From contig CAYVIU010000004.1 of the NCBI GenBank assembly GCA_964451625.1, positions 1-24,000 on the forward strand: DNA of 24,000 nt, read 5' to 3'. Below, in pieces: positions 1 to 8,541 of this stretch (the first letter of the stretch is position 1; each line of letters starts with the position of its first letter). This DNA comes from an uncultured Planctomycetia bacterium. Its GTDB lineage: Bacteria; Omnitrophota; Gorgyraeia; JABMRJ01; CAYVIU01. The position numbers and the translations under genes were made by a program. Under the pieces are notes generated by a model. It made no database searches. It saw only the letters and a list, made by a program, of their open reading frames with translations, and was not told the DNA's origin.

Positions 1-1865
1 ATCTCCCCCTTGATTAAATTCACTAATCCCTCGGTGCTTAAATTGTATTTATTTAATAAAACCTTCCTTGGCCCATGTTCCACAAACTCATCCGGAAGCC
101 CTACTGTTTCAAGTGTTACGCCTTTTATCTTTTCTCTTTCGATAAACTCTCCTATCGCACTTCCGAATCCGCCGCTTACAACACCTTCTTCAAGAGTTAC
201 TATCTTTTTTATGCGGGAGGTAAGCTCCTCAAGTAAATCCTCGTCGAGAGGTTTTATGAATCTGGCGTTGATTACTTCCGCGTTTATATGCTGTTTAGCC
301 AATCTTTCCGCAACCTCCATTGCAGTGCCCACCATGCTGCCAAGGGCAATGATTGCGATATCCTTTCCCTTTTTGAGGGTTTCGAACTTACCTAATGCTA
401 TTTCTTCCGGATTCGGATGGTTAAACACTGATATCGGGCTTCCTTTTGGATAGCGAATGGCAATGGGTTTATTCAGTTTAAGGGCAAATTCAAGCATGCG
501 ATCAAGTTCGTCTGTATCGCTTGGCGCGCAAATTGTTAAATTAGGTATATGCCTCAAATAGGCTATATCGAATGCCCCGTGATGCGTGGGGCCGTCATCT
601 CCTGACAAACCTGCTCGGTCAAGAGAGAACACAACAGGGAGATTCTGCAGGCACACATCATGGATAATCTGATCATATGCCCTCTGCAGGAATGTAGAGT
701 ATATCGCTACCACAGGTTTAAGGCCGCCCTTTGCAAGGCCTGCCGCAAATCCTGCAGCATGGGCCTCTGCTATTCCCACATCGAAAAACCGATCCGGATA
801 TTCCCTGGCAAACTTATTGAGGCCCGTTCCGTCGGGCATGGCCGCTGTTATCGCTGCTATTTTCTTATCAACTCCTGCAAGCTGCGTAATCTTTTCACAG
901 AAACTCTGAGTAAATGTCTTTTCCTTTTTTACCTTATTCTTTTTGCCGGTTGTTATATTAAAATTAAATGCCGAATGAAAATCTGAAGGGCTTTCCTCGG
1001 CAAATTTATAGCCTTTTCCTTTTTTGGTGAGTATATGGAGAAGTACCGGGGTCTTGAGAGTCGTAATGTTTTTCAGTGTTGCAAGCAATAAATCAATATT
1101 ATGCCCGTCAATCGGGCCGAAATATCTGAAACCCATCTCTTCAAAGAATATTCCCGGGACAAGGAGGTTTTTCACCCCTTCCTCAAAGCGCCTGGCTGCC
1201 CTGGCAGCGCGTTTTCCGATGCCCGGGATCTTTGTTACAAAAGTTTCTACTTCCTTGCGGACTTTATTGTATACAGGGTTCGCTATGATTCTGTTCAGAT
1301 ATGCGCTCAGGGCACCGACTGTCGGAGATATGGAAAGTTCGTTATCATTTAATATAACCAGGAGATCCTTTTTCATGTGCCCCACTTGATTCATCGCCTC
1401 AAATGCCATACCGCCTGCCAGGGCCGCATCTCCTATAACTGCGACTATTTTGCTGTTCTCTTTCCCTGCATCGCGGCTTGCGGCCAGGCCCAGTGCCGTG
1501 GAAATCGAGGTAGAGCTGTGGCCTACCGTAAATACATCATATTCACTCTCATTCTTCGACGGAAAACCGCTTATCCCGCCAAGCTGCCTCAGGGTGGGAA
1601 ATCTCTTTTTTCTGCCGGTTATGATCTTGTGGGCGTAAGACTGGTGGCCTACATCCCAGACGATTTTGTCTTTTGGTGTATTCAACAGATAGTGGAGAGC
1701 TATTGTAAGTTCAACTGCGCCAAGGCTTGATGCAAGATGCCCGCCGTTTTTGGATACGATATCTATTATAAACTCGCGGATCTCTCCCGCAAGCCTTGGG
1801 AGTTCGGCTGTGGAGAGTTTTTTCAGGTCTTTAGGGCTATTTATTTTATCGAGCAGCTTTGCCAT
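1..1865 (-). CDS. dxs: 1-deoxy-D-xylulose-5-phosphate synthase. About 621 codons are present; the last few codons and the stop lie beyond the window start.
   Basis: Absent from the ORF track because there is no stop in the window. My own translation from the ATG (complement of 1863-1865) reads MAKLLDKINSPKDLKKLSTAELPRLAGEIREFIIDIVSKNGGHLASSLGAVELTIALHYLLNTPKDKIVWDVGHQSYAHKIITGRKK...VIGDAALAGGMAFEAMN. The frame is still open at bases 3-120, which read ...VTLETVGLPDEFVEHGPRKVLLNKYNLSTEGLVNLIKGE. This is the canonical Dxs N-terminus, TPP motif and C-terminal region. Confidence 0.93.
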   Translation of the reverse strand, partial: MAKLLDKINSPKDLKKLSTAELPRLAGEIREFIIDIVSKNGGHLASSLGAVELTIALHYLLNTPKDKIVWDVGHQSYAHKIITGRKKRFPTLRQLGGISGFPSKNESEYDVFTVGHSSTSISTALGLAASRDAGKENSKIVAVIGDAALAGGMAFEAMNQVGHMKKDLLVILNDNELSISPTVGALSAYLNRIIANPVYNKVRKEVETFVTKIPGIGKRAARAARRFEEGVKNLLVPGIFFEEMGFRYFGPIDGHNIDLLLATLKNITTLKTPVLLHILTKKGKGYKFAEESPSDFHSAFNFNITTGKKNKVKKEKTFTQSFCEKITQLAGVDKKIAAITAAMPDGTGLNKFAREYPDRFFDVGIAEAHAAGFAAGLAKGGLKPVVAIYSTFLQRAYDQIIHDVCLQNLPVVFSLDRAGLSGDDGPTHHGAFDIAYLRHIPNLTICAPSDTDELDRMLEFALKLNKPIAIRYPKGSPISVFNHPNPEEIALGKFETLKKGKDIAIIALGSMVGTAMEVAERLAKQHINAEVINARFIKPLDEDLLEELTSRIKKIVTLEEGVVSGGFGSAIGEFIEREKIKGVTLETVGLPDEFVEHGPRKVLLNKYNLSTEGLVNLIKGE

Positions 1866-1867
1866 GG

Positions 1868-2122
1868 TTATTTTGTCTTTTTGGGCTGTTTTTCCACCTT
1901 TTCTTCATCGAACAATTCTGTTTCGAACTTCCCGGAGCCTGTTTTCACCAAAAGTTCTACTTTTCTCTTTGCGGCCTCAAGTTTTTTTGCGCACATCCTG
2001 GAGAACTTTATCCCTTCCTCATATTTTGCCAGGGATTCATCCAGGGAAAGGTCCCCTTTTTCCAGTTTTTCAACAATATTTTCCAATTTTTTAAGCGCGT
2101 CTTCAAATTTAACTTCTGGCAT
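1868..2122 (-). CDS. xseB: exodeoxyribonuclease VII small subunit
   Basis: The ORF track gives 1868..2152. I prefer the internal ATG (complement 2120-2122), which starts MPEVKFEDALKKLENIVEKLEKGDLSLDESL. It is preceded by GGAGGCGATTAAC-ATG, and it sits 1 nt after the xseA stop instead of overlapping it by 29 nt. The sequence is typical of the XseB family. Confidence 0.88.
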   Translation of the reverse strand: MPEVKFEDALKKLENIVEKLEKGDLSLDESLAKYEEGIKFSRMCAKKLEAAKRKVELLVKTGSGKFETELFDEEKVEKQPKKTK

Positions 2123-2123
2123 G

Positions 2124-3278
2124 TTAATCGCCTCCTTGTTCTGTACTCTCAACCCTGCTTATAAACGAACCTTTTCTTAGGCGTGTTTTTACTCTGTCTC
2201 CTGATTTAAGGGATTTTATATCTTTCAAAACTTTTTTAGTGGTAATATTTGCGGTAATGCTGTATCCTCTCTCCAGCACTGCAAATGGGCTGAGCGCATC
2301 GAGTTTCCCCCATATATTCTGGAGTTTTTGTGCCGTAATATCAACAAAGTGCTTCATCCTGAGTGCAAGGCCCTTTATAATATCATCCAATTCCTGTTCG
2401 TATTGCTGGAACATGTCCTGCGGGACCTGATTGAGCCTCTCTACCAGGTCATTTAACGACTTTATAAGGTCCTCTTTTCTCGGTATGACCAGTTCTGCTG
2501 CTGCCGACGGAGTAGGTGTGCGAAAATCACTTACAAAGTCGGTTATCGTCCAGTCAGTGTCATGGCCCACACCGCTTATTATGGGGATCTCGGAGTTAAA
2601 TATGGCGCGCGCCACAACTTCTTCATTAAATGACCATAAATCCTCAAGGCTCCCGCCGCCCCTTGCCACGATTATCACATCCACTTTTTTGAATTTGTTA
2701 AAGTCTTCGATTGCAGAGGCTATTTCAAGTGCAGAGCCTTTGCCCTGGACTCTTACAGGGCTGATAATAACATCAATGTTCTGGAATCTCCTTTTTGTCA
2801 CGTTCAATATATCCCTTATTGCGGCACCTGTGGGTGAGGTTACAACACCTATTCTATAGGGTAGGTATGGAATGGGTTTTTTTCTGGATTTATCGAAGAG
2901 CCCTTCTTTTTGAAGGCGCTTTTTTAATTGTTCAAAGGCAAGCTGGAGCGAGCCTATGCCCTTTGGTTCAATGTTTTCTATGTAGAGCTGGTACTGGCCC
3001 CTCTTGTCATATACACCAATCTTACCAAAGGCAACCACCTTAAGGCCGTTCTCCATTTTAAACTTCAGGTCCTGGTTGGTCCGTTTAAAAATGACGCAGT
3101 TTAAAATGCTCCCCTCGTCTTTGAGGCTGAAATACATGTGGCCTGATGTGTGCCGTATAAAATTGGAGACCTCGCCTTCGACCCAAACTTTTGCAAAGGT
3201 GTCCTCAAGGACAACCTTTATGTACCGTGTGAGTTCGCTTACCGAATATATGTGTTTTTTGGTTTCGGTTCGTGTCAT
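2124..3278 (-). CDS. xseA: exodeoxyribonuclease VII large subunit
   Basis: 384 aa. N-terminal OB-fold signature (YSVSELTRYIKVVLEDTFAKVWVEGEVSNF..GHMYFSLKD), then the IGVVTSPTGAAIRDIL catalytic core. ATGA overlap with the upstream gene at 3275-3278. Confidence 0.92.
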   Translation of the reverse strand: MTRTETKKHIYSVSELTRYIKVVLEDTFAKVWVEGEVSNFIRHTSGHMYFSLKDEGSILNCVIFKRTNQDLKFKMENGLKVVAFGKIGVYDKRGQYQLYIENIEPKGIGSLQLAFEQLKKRLQKEGLFDKSRKKPIPYLPYRIGVVTSPTGAAIRDILNVTKRRFQNIDVIISPVRVQGKGSALEIASAIEDFNKFKKVDVIIVARGGGSLEDLWSFNEEVVARAIFNSEIPIISGVGHDTDWTITDFVSDFRTPTPSAAAELVIPRKEDLIKSLNDLVERLNQVPQDMFQQYEQELDDIIKGLALRMKHFVDITAQKLQNIWGKLDALSPFAVLERGYSITANITTKKVLKDIKSLKSGDRVKTRLRKGSFISRVESTEQGGD

Positions 3279-4627
3279 TTTAGATATCCGTCTATGGACC
3301 GTGCCGCAGCTTTACCGGCGCCCATTGCCTTTATCACTGTTGCCTTGCCGCCGGATATATCCCCGCCTGCAAATATTCCTGGGAGAGATGTTTCTGTATC
3401 GGGTTTTGTCTCAATATAACCGCGTTTTGTAAGGTTAAGCCCTGGTACAGTGGAAAGCAAAAGAGGGTTTGGCCCCTGGCCTATAGCGCATACAACTGTG
3501 CCTGTTTCAAGTGTAAATTCGGATCCTTTAATCGGGACAGGCCTTCGCCTGCCGCTCTGGTCAGGTTCGCCAAGTTTGTTTCTGATGCAGGTCATCTCTT
3601 TTACTTGAGCTTTGTCGTCGCCTGTTATTTCAATGGGGTTTGTCAAAAATTCGAATTTTATGGCTTCTTCCTTTGCATTTTCTATTTCTTCTATCCGGGC
3701 AGGCATTTCCTTTTCACTTCTTCTGTAAACACATATGACCTCTTTTGCGCCGAGGCGTTTTGCGCATCTTGCAGAGTCCATCGCCACGTTTCCGCCGCCT
3801 ATTACCGTAACCGTGCCCTTTAGTTTTATGGGTGTGTCATATTCCGGGAAAAGATAGGCCTTCATAAGGTTTGTCCTTGTCAAAAACTCATTTGCCGAGT
3901 ATACTCCGACGAGATTTTCGCCCTTGATGCCTAAAAAATACGGAAGCCCTGCCCCTGTCCCGATAAACGCCGCCTCAAAACCTTCTTTTTTTAAGTCGTC
4001 CATTGTGGCTGATTTTCCGATTACCATGTTTAATTTAATTTCGACCCCGAGCGATTTAATGTAATCGACTTCAATATCAACGATTTTCTTGGGCAGCCTG
4101 AATTCCGGGATTCCGTAGACGAGAACGCCTCCGGTTTTGTGCAATGACTCAAAAATCGTGACCTTGTACCCCATTTTTGCCAGGTCTGCCGCGCAGGTCA
4201 GGCCTGCCGGCCCTGAGCCTACGACAGCTATTTTTTTCCCGTTTTGTTTTTTGGTTTTACCAGGCCTTTTGGGATGAGACATCTCCCAGTCAGCGGCAAA
4301 ACGTTCGAGATACCCTATTTTTATCCCCTTTTGCTTCTTGGTCAGAATACAGGCCTTCTCGCACTGGTCTTCCTGGGGGCAAACCCTGCCGCAAATTGCA
4401 GGCAGGCTGTTCTTTTCCTTTATTTTTTCGGCGGCTTCACCGAATTTCTTCGATTTTATAAGCGTTATAAACCTGGGTATATCTATCTCTACAGGGCAGC
4501 CTGCTATGCAAAGGGCCTTTTTACAATTAAGGCAGCGCGCGGCCTCTTTCACTGCCTCGCTCTCCGTAAGCCCAAGGGCTACTTCATTAAAATTCTTTAT
4601 CCTTTTAGCTGCTGTCTGTTTTTTCAC
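3275..4627 (-). CDS. nfnB: NADPH-dependent glutamate synthase small-chain-like / NfnB (SudA-type) FAD- and Fe-S-containing oxidoreductase, large subunit
   Basis: 450 aa. N-terminal Cys clusters (CLNCKKALCIAGCP, CGRVCPQEDQCEKAC), then the dinucleotide motifs VVGSGPAGL and VIGGGNVAMD. Paired with an upstream DHOD-electron-transfer-like subunit, which is the hallmark NfnAB/SudAB arrangement. GTG start at the complement of 4625-4627. Confidence 0.82.
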   Translation of the reverse strand: MKKQTAAKRIKNFNEVALGLTESEAVKEAARCLNCKKALCIAGCPVEIDIPRFITLIKSKKFGEAAEKIKEKNSLPAICGRVCPQEDQCEKACILTKKQKGIKIGYLERFAADWEMSHPKRPGKTKKQNGKKIAVVGSGPAGLTCAADLAKMGYKVTIFESLHKTGGVLVYGIPEFRLPKKIVDIEVDYIKSLGVEIKLNMVIGKSATMDDLKKEGFEAAFIGTGAGLPYFLGIKGENLVGVYSANEFLTRTNLMKAYLFPEYDTPIKLKGTVTVIGGGNVAMDSARCAKRLGAKEVICVYRRSEKEMPARIEEIENAKEEAIKFEFLTNPIEITGDDKAQVKEMTCIRNKLGEPDQSGRRRPVPIKGSEFTLETGTVVCAIGQGPNPLLLSTVPGLNLTKRGYIETKPDTETSLPGIFAGGDISGGKATVIKAMGAGKAAARSIDGYLK

Positions 4628-4685
4628 CCTGTTAGACCTTTTTATTCCTTTACCCTCTTAGACCCGCTATGAGGTCTAACAGGGT
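4626..4685 (-). promoter_or_regulatory. intercistronic RNA hairpin reaching from the nfnA stop into the first 2 nt of the nfnB GTG start, with an alternative partner arm
   Basis: ACCCTGTTAGACCT (4626-4639) and AGGTCTAACAGGGT (4672-4685) are perfect 14-nt reverse complements. A third near copy, ACCCTCTTAGACCC (4652-4665), lies inside the loop. The stem starts 1 nt after the nfnA TGA and contains the first two nucleotides of the nfnB GTG. Confidence 0.5.
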
Positions 4686-5522
4686 TCATTTCGATTTACA
4701 CCTGCATTTTTCAAAAACCTTCAAGGACCACATCTCTTCCTCTTTAAAACGGGACTGTCTCTTCATAAACTCGTCGAAATCCACTTCGTGGCCGTCAAAC
4801 TCCGGGCCGTCAACGCATGCGAATTTTGTCTTGTCCCCCACTGTAACGCGGCAGGTGCCGCACATGCCTGTGGCATCCACCATATTGGCATCGAGCGATA
4901 CTACTGTTTTCAGGTTATATTTTTTTGTTACGTCGCATACGGCCCTCATCATGACATCAGGCCCGACACAGTAACAGAGGTCGAACTTTTCCTTTTTGAG
5001 GAGTTTATTAAGCGGCCGGGTTACAAGGCCTTTTTCACCGGATGAGCCGTCGTCGGTTGTGACAAAAAACTCGTCGCTCACTTTTTTTACTTCCTCATCA
5101 AGTATCAGGAGTTCCTTTGTCCTGGCCCCGATAATAGTGGTGTTCTTATTTCCGTTCTCCTTTGAGAGCCTTGCAACCGGATAGAGTTCTGCGATTCCTA
5201 TTCCCCCGCCGACAAAAATGATCCTTCCCTGTTTACTAACCACGGTTGGCCTGCCAAGCGGGCCGGCTATGTTCAAAATCTCATCTCCTTTGCCTAAGGC
5301 GGCGAGTTTCTTTGTGGTTTTGCCGACTTCCTGGAAGATGATAGAGATAAGGCCTTTGGATTTATCGGAATCGCATACGGTAAGAGGGATTCTCTCGGCC
5401 TTTTCATCCAGGTGTATGATTACAAATTGGCCCGGCTCAGCCTTTTTTGCAATATGCTCCGCTTCAATCGCGAATCTTATCGTAACAGAGTTTAATTTTT
5501 CTTTTTTTATAATCTTATTCAT
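4686..5522 (-). CDS. nfnA: NfnA / SudB-type sulfide/dihydroorotate dehydrogenase-like FAD/NAD-binding subunit with a C-terminal [2Fe-2S] motif
   Basis: 278 aa. Ferredoxin-reductase-like fold (RIPLTV, FVGGGIGIAELYP) and the C-terminal CGTCRV...C cluster typical of PyrK/NfnA proteins. TAAATG junction with ymdB. Confidence 0.82.
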   Translation of the reverse strand: MNKIIKKEKLNSVTIRFAIEAEHIAKKAEPGQFVIIHLDEKAERIPLTVCDSDKSKGLISIIFQEVGKTTKKLAALGKGDEILNIAGPLGRPTVVSKQGRIIFVGGGIGIAELYPVARLSKENGNKNTTIIGARTKELLILDEEVKKVSDEFFVTTDDGSSGEKGLVTRPLNKLLKKEKFDLCYCVGPDVMMRAVCDVTKKYNLKTVVSLDANMVDATGMCGTCRVTVGDKTKFACVDGPEFDGHEVDFDEFMKRQSRFKEEEMWSLKVFEKCRCKSK

Positions 5523-6302
5523 TTAAAGCTTTTCTTGTACGCGCTCTATTGAGCGCGCCTTTCCGGTTTTTTCATCGATATCTACAACAACACCCTGGAG
5601 TTGGACGTTTTCCTCGGCCATTTCAAAGCGTGTGGGCAGCTGCGTAATAAATCTTGTGAGGATCTGTTCTTTTTTTCTGCCTATGACTGAGTCATGCGGG
5701 CCTGTCATGCCAAGATCCGTGATATAGGCTGTGCCTTTGGGCAGGATTCTTTCATCAGCCGTCTGGACATGTGTGTGTGTTCCGCAAACAGCGCTAACTA
5801 AACCGTCTAAATACCAGCCGAGCGCGATTTTTTCACTTGTGGCCTCTGCATGGATGTCTATAAGTATTATCGGCGTCTGGGCCTTAAGCTTTTCTATTTC
5901 TTCTCTGGCGGCCCTGAACGGGCATTCTACCGGCTCCATAAAGGTTCTTCCAACGAGGTTGATTATGCCGACCTTAACGCCTTTTTTAGTCTTGATTACA
6001 GTTGACCCGGCACCAGGGGCACCGGCCGGATAATTAAGCGGCCTGAGGATCCTTGCTTCACTGCCAAGGATCTCGACAATTTCTTTCCTCTTCCAGATGT
6101 GATCGCCGGATGTGATTGCATTTATGCCGTATCCAAAAAGCTCCTCGGCAAGCCTTGGCGTAAGGCCGCTTCCTCCGGCTGAGTTCTCGCCGTTTGCAAG
6201 GACTAAGTCAATCTTTTCGGCCTTCTTTACTTTTGGAATAAGCTCTTTGGCCGCCCTTCTTCCCGGGCTTCCTACAATATCACCGAGATACAGGATTTTC
6301 AT
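5523..6302 (-). CDS. ymdB: YmdB-family metallophosphoesterase (TIGR00282-type 2',3'-cyclic-nucleotide phosphodiesterase)
   Basis: MKILYLGDIVGSPGR...ANGENSAGG..G..DHIW..GTHTHVQTADERIL are the YmdB signature motifs. The track starts at a GTG (6311). I prefer the ATG at the complement of 6300-6302, preceded by AAGGTGGTGGAA. The position immediately downstream of rny matches the conserved rny-ymdB pairing. Confidence 0.85.
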   Translation of the reverse strand: MKILYLGDIVGSPGRRAAKELIPKVKKAEKIDLVLANGENSAGGSGLTPRLAEELFGYGINAITSGDHIWKRKEIVEILGSEARILRPLNYPAGAPGAGSTVIKTKKGVKVGIINLVGRTFMEPVECPFRAAREEIEKLKAQTPIILIDIHAEATSEKIALGWYLDGLVSAVCGTHTHVQTADERILPKGTAYITDLGMTGPHDSVIGRKKEQILTRFITQLPTRFEMAEENVQLQGVVVDIDEKTGKARSIERVQEKL

Positions 6303-6317
6303 TTCCACCACCTTTTC

Positions 6318-6373
6318 GACCGCGTAGGTCGACCGCGTAAGTTTGACCGCGTAGGTCGACCTACGCGGTCAAA
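6318..6373. repeat. three tandem direct copies plus one inverted copy of a 13-mer (GACCGCGTAGGTC); includes a perfect 32-nt palindrome
   Basis: Direct copies at 6318-6330, 6331-6342 (GACCGCGTAAGT) and 6345-6357. Inverted copy GACCTACGCGGTC at 6358-6370. TTTGACCGCGTAGGTC|GACCTACGCGGTCAAA (6342-6373) is a perfect palindrome centred on GTCGAC. The repeat fills the rny-ymdB spacer. Confidence 0.85.
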
Positions 6374-6378
6374 TCGGT

Positions 6379-6903
6379 TTATTTGGCGTATTCGATTGCC
6401 CTTGTTTCCCGAATAACCGTTACCTTGATCTGACCCGGATATTCGAGCCCTTCTTCGATCCTTTTTGTGATATCCCTTGCCATGCTTGCTGCCTGGGCAT
6501 CTGTGATCATATTGGGCTGGACTATGACACGGATTTCTCTGCCCGCCTGGATGGCATATGCCTTTTCCACGCCCTTAAATGAATCTGCGATAGATTCCAG
6601 TTTTTCAAGGCGCTTTACATATTTTTCTAAAGTCTCGCGCCTTGCGCCGGGACGCGTTGCGCTTATCGCGTCAGCTGCCTGGACCAGAACCGCCAAAAGT
6701 GTGCGCGCCTCTATGTCCTGGTGATGCGCCTCTATTGCGTGAACGATTGTATCGGTTTCATTGTATTTTTTGGCAAGGTCAGCACCTATCTTGGCGTGCG
6801 TACCTTCCACTTCATGGGAAACTGCCTTTCCGATGTCATGAAGCAGGCCGATACGCCTTGCGAGATGGAAATCGATCTTGAGTTCTCTTGCTATCACTCC
6901 CAT
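6379..6903 (-). CDS. rny: ribonuclease Y, C-terminal fragment (rest of the HD domain plus the C-terminal region), separated from the N-terminal fragment by one in-frame TAA
   Basis: The translation [40 protein letters not shown]...[17 protein letters not shown] matches the RNase Y HD domain. Reading through on the minus strand gives ...[26 protein letters not shown], in one continuous frame. Confidence 0.85.
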   Translation of the reverse strand: MGVIARELKIDFHLARRIGLLHDIGKAVSHEVEGTHAKIGADLAKKYNETDTIVHAIEAHHQDIEARTLLAVLVQAADAISATRPGARRETLEKYVKRLEKLESIADSFKGVEKAYAIQAGREIRVIVQPNMITDAQAASMARDITKRIEEGLEYPGQIKVTVIRETRAIEYAK

Positions 6904-6906
6904 GAG

Positions 6907-7947
6907 TTACGCTACTTCTTTGCAATGCTGGAGCACGTTCTGGCCATAGCTGGTCCTGTATTTAAGCCGGCCGAGAAGCCTTATGATCTCGGGGTGCACA
7001 GTCCTCAGGCCCACATCAAAAACGGCCTTCTCGCCTTCTTCGCGAATAGTCTCGGCCATCTCTTTTTTCACTTTCTCAACAACATCTTCAATGCGGCCCG
7101 GGTGGATCCTCCCGTCTTCAATGAGCCTTTCAAGGGCAATCCTTGCGACTTCCCTTTTTACAATATCAAACCCTGAAATAATCACCGCCTCAGGCGTATC
7201 GTCTACTATGACATCTATGCCTGTGGCTATCTCAAGCGCTCGGATGTTTCTGCCTTCGCGGCCTATGATCCTCCCCTTCATCTCGTCTCCGGGAAGGTGT
7301 ACTACACTGACAGTAGTTTCTACTGTATGGTCCGCCGCGCACTTCTGGATGGCAAGCCCTATAATCTTCCTTGCCTCTTTGTCGGCCTTGACTTTTGTTT
7401 CTTCTTCAACCTTTTTGATAATAACACCTGCTTCACTCTTTACATCGTCCTCGATCCTTTTTAAAAGAAGTTTTCTCGCCTCATCTTTGCTCAACCCTGC
7501 GATTTTCTGAAGCTTGTGCTTTTCATCTTCTATGAGTTTTTCTAATTCCTGCCTCCTTGAAACAACCTGCCTTTCTTTTGCAACAATACCTCTTTCCTTT
7601 TCTACTACATCTTTTTCCTTCCTGTCAAGAAGGTCTACTTTTCTGTCGATGTTTTCTTCCTTCTGAACAAGCCTTTTTTCAAGGCCTGCCAGCTCTATCC
7701 TGCGGTCTTTTGTCTCCTTTTCAAAATCATTGCGCATCTTGTAGAGAAGATCTTTTGCTTCAAGCTCTATCTCCCGTCGGCGGTTCTCAACCTCTTTCTT
7801 GCTCTCCTCCAGGATGATCTTTGCCTCTTTTTCAGCTGATTTCAGGCGCCTGATAGATATAACCTTTCTTATCGCATATCCCAAAAGAAAGAAAAACGCA
7901 CATCCAAGGATGCCTAAGCCAATATTCACAGTTATGCTGCCTGTCAT
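6907..7947 (-). CDS. rny: ribonuclease Y, N-terminal fragment (TM anchor, coiled coil, KH domain, start of the HD domain), ending at an in-frame TAA (6907-6909)
   Basis: N-terminal hydrophobic anchor ([22 protein letters not shown]), then a long Lys/Glu-rich coiled coil, a KH motif ([17 protein letters not shown]) and [14 protein letters not shown], which begins the HD domain. GGAGG lies 8 nt upstream of the ATG. Confidence 0.85.
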   Translation of the reverse strand: MTGSITVNIGLGILGCAFFFLLGYAIRKVISIRRLKSAEKEAKIILEESKKEVENRRREIELEAKDLLYKMRNDFEKETKDRRIELAGLEKRLVQKEENIDRKVDLLDRKEKDVVEKERGIVAKERQVVSRRQELEKLIEDEKHKLQKIAGLSKDEARKLLLKRIEDDVKSEAGVIIKKVEEETKVKADKEARKIIGLAIQKCAADHTVETTVSVVHLPGDEMKGRIIGREGRNIRALEIATGIDVIVDDTPEAVIISGFDIVKREVARIALERLIEDGRIHPGRIEDVVEKVKKEMAETIREEGEKAVFDVGLRTVHPEIIRLLGRLKYRTSYGQNVLQHCKEVA

Positions 7948-7992
7948 TGTGGTACCTCCTATCTATGTTATGCGCGCTGATCCAGCACGCTA

Positions 7993-8541
7993 TTAGTTTG
8001 TGATTACTAAATCGACGGGGATATCGTGGGGACTGACCGGAATGGACTTTTTAATCTGGAAATCGAACCCGAGGGCAATTGTCTTTACAGTATTCGGCAA
8101 TTTGCTCAAAAATCTATCAAAATAACCCTTCCCGCGGCCGAGCCTTGCACCGTTTCTCTCAAATGCAATGCCCGGGACTATTACAATCTCCATATCTCTT
8201 GCGCGAAAAGAACTACTGGCCTCGTTTTTAGGCTGTAATACCCCTATTGGTCCCCTTTCCAGGTCTTCGTCCATGTTTTTCAGTTCCACGATCCTTAAAC
8301 TATCCCCTTCTACTCTTGGTGCAAAAACTCTTTTACTCATCTTTAATGAATCTTTTATGATTTCTCCGGTACTCACCTCGGTATCCAGAGAGATATAACA
8401 CACTATATTTTTGGCTTTCCTGAATTCCGGCAGAGAAAAAACTTTATTTTTAATAATCGTGCTTTTTTCTTTTCTTTCGCCGGGCCCCTGGCTGTTTAAT
8501 CTGGCCAGGACCTCTTTTCTTACTACGCCCTTTTCGTCCAT
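7993..8541 (-). CDS. 5-formyltetrahydrofolate cyclo-ligase
   Basis: 182 aa. The C-terminal motif VIVPGIAFERNGARLGRGKGYFDRFL is diagnostic of the MTHFS/YgfA family. The start ATG directly abuts the upstream TAG (TAGATG). Confidence 0.85.
   Translation of the reverse strand: MDEKGVVRKEVLARLNSQGPGERKEKSTIIKNKVFSLPEFRKAKNIVCYISLDTEVSTGEIIKDSLKMSKRVFAPRVEGDSLRIVELKNMDEDLERGPIGVLQPKNEASSSFRARDMEIVIVPGIAFERNGARLGRGKGYFDRFLSKLPNTVKTIALGFDFQIKKSIPVSPHDIPVDLVITN

Noticed and set aside
6318-6370. CRISPR-like array of GACCGCGTAGGTC repeats
   Set aside because: The repeats are only 12-13 nt and contiguous, with no spacers. One copy is inverted, and there are no cas genes in the window.
6907-6909. Stop-codon reassignment (TAA as a sense codon) to explain the rny interruption
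   Set aside because: TAA terminates xseB, xseA, ymdB, nifS, thrS, infC, ktrB and others at positions matching normal protein C-termini. TAG and TGA are also used as stops.
7972-7990. Small hairpin GCGCGCTGATCCAGCACGC between the cyclo-ligase gene and rny, as a terminator
   Set aside because: It has an 8-bp stem with a 3-nt loop and no following U-tract, and it sits directly before the rny SD. The evidence is too weak to call it a terminator or regulator.
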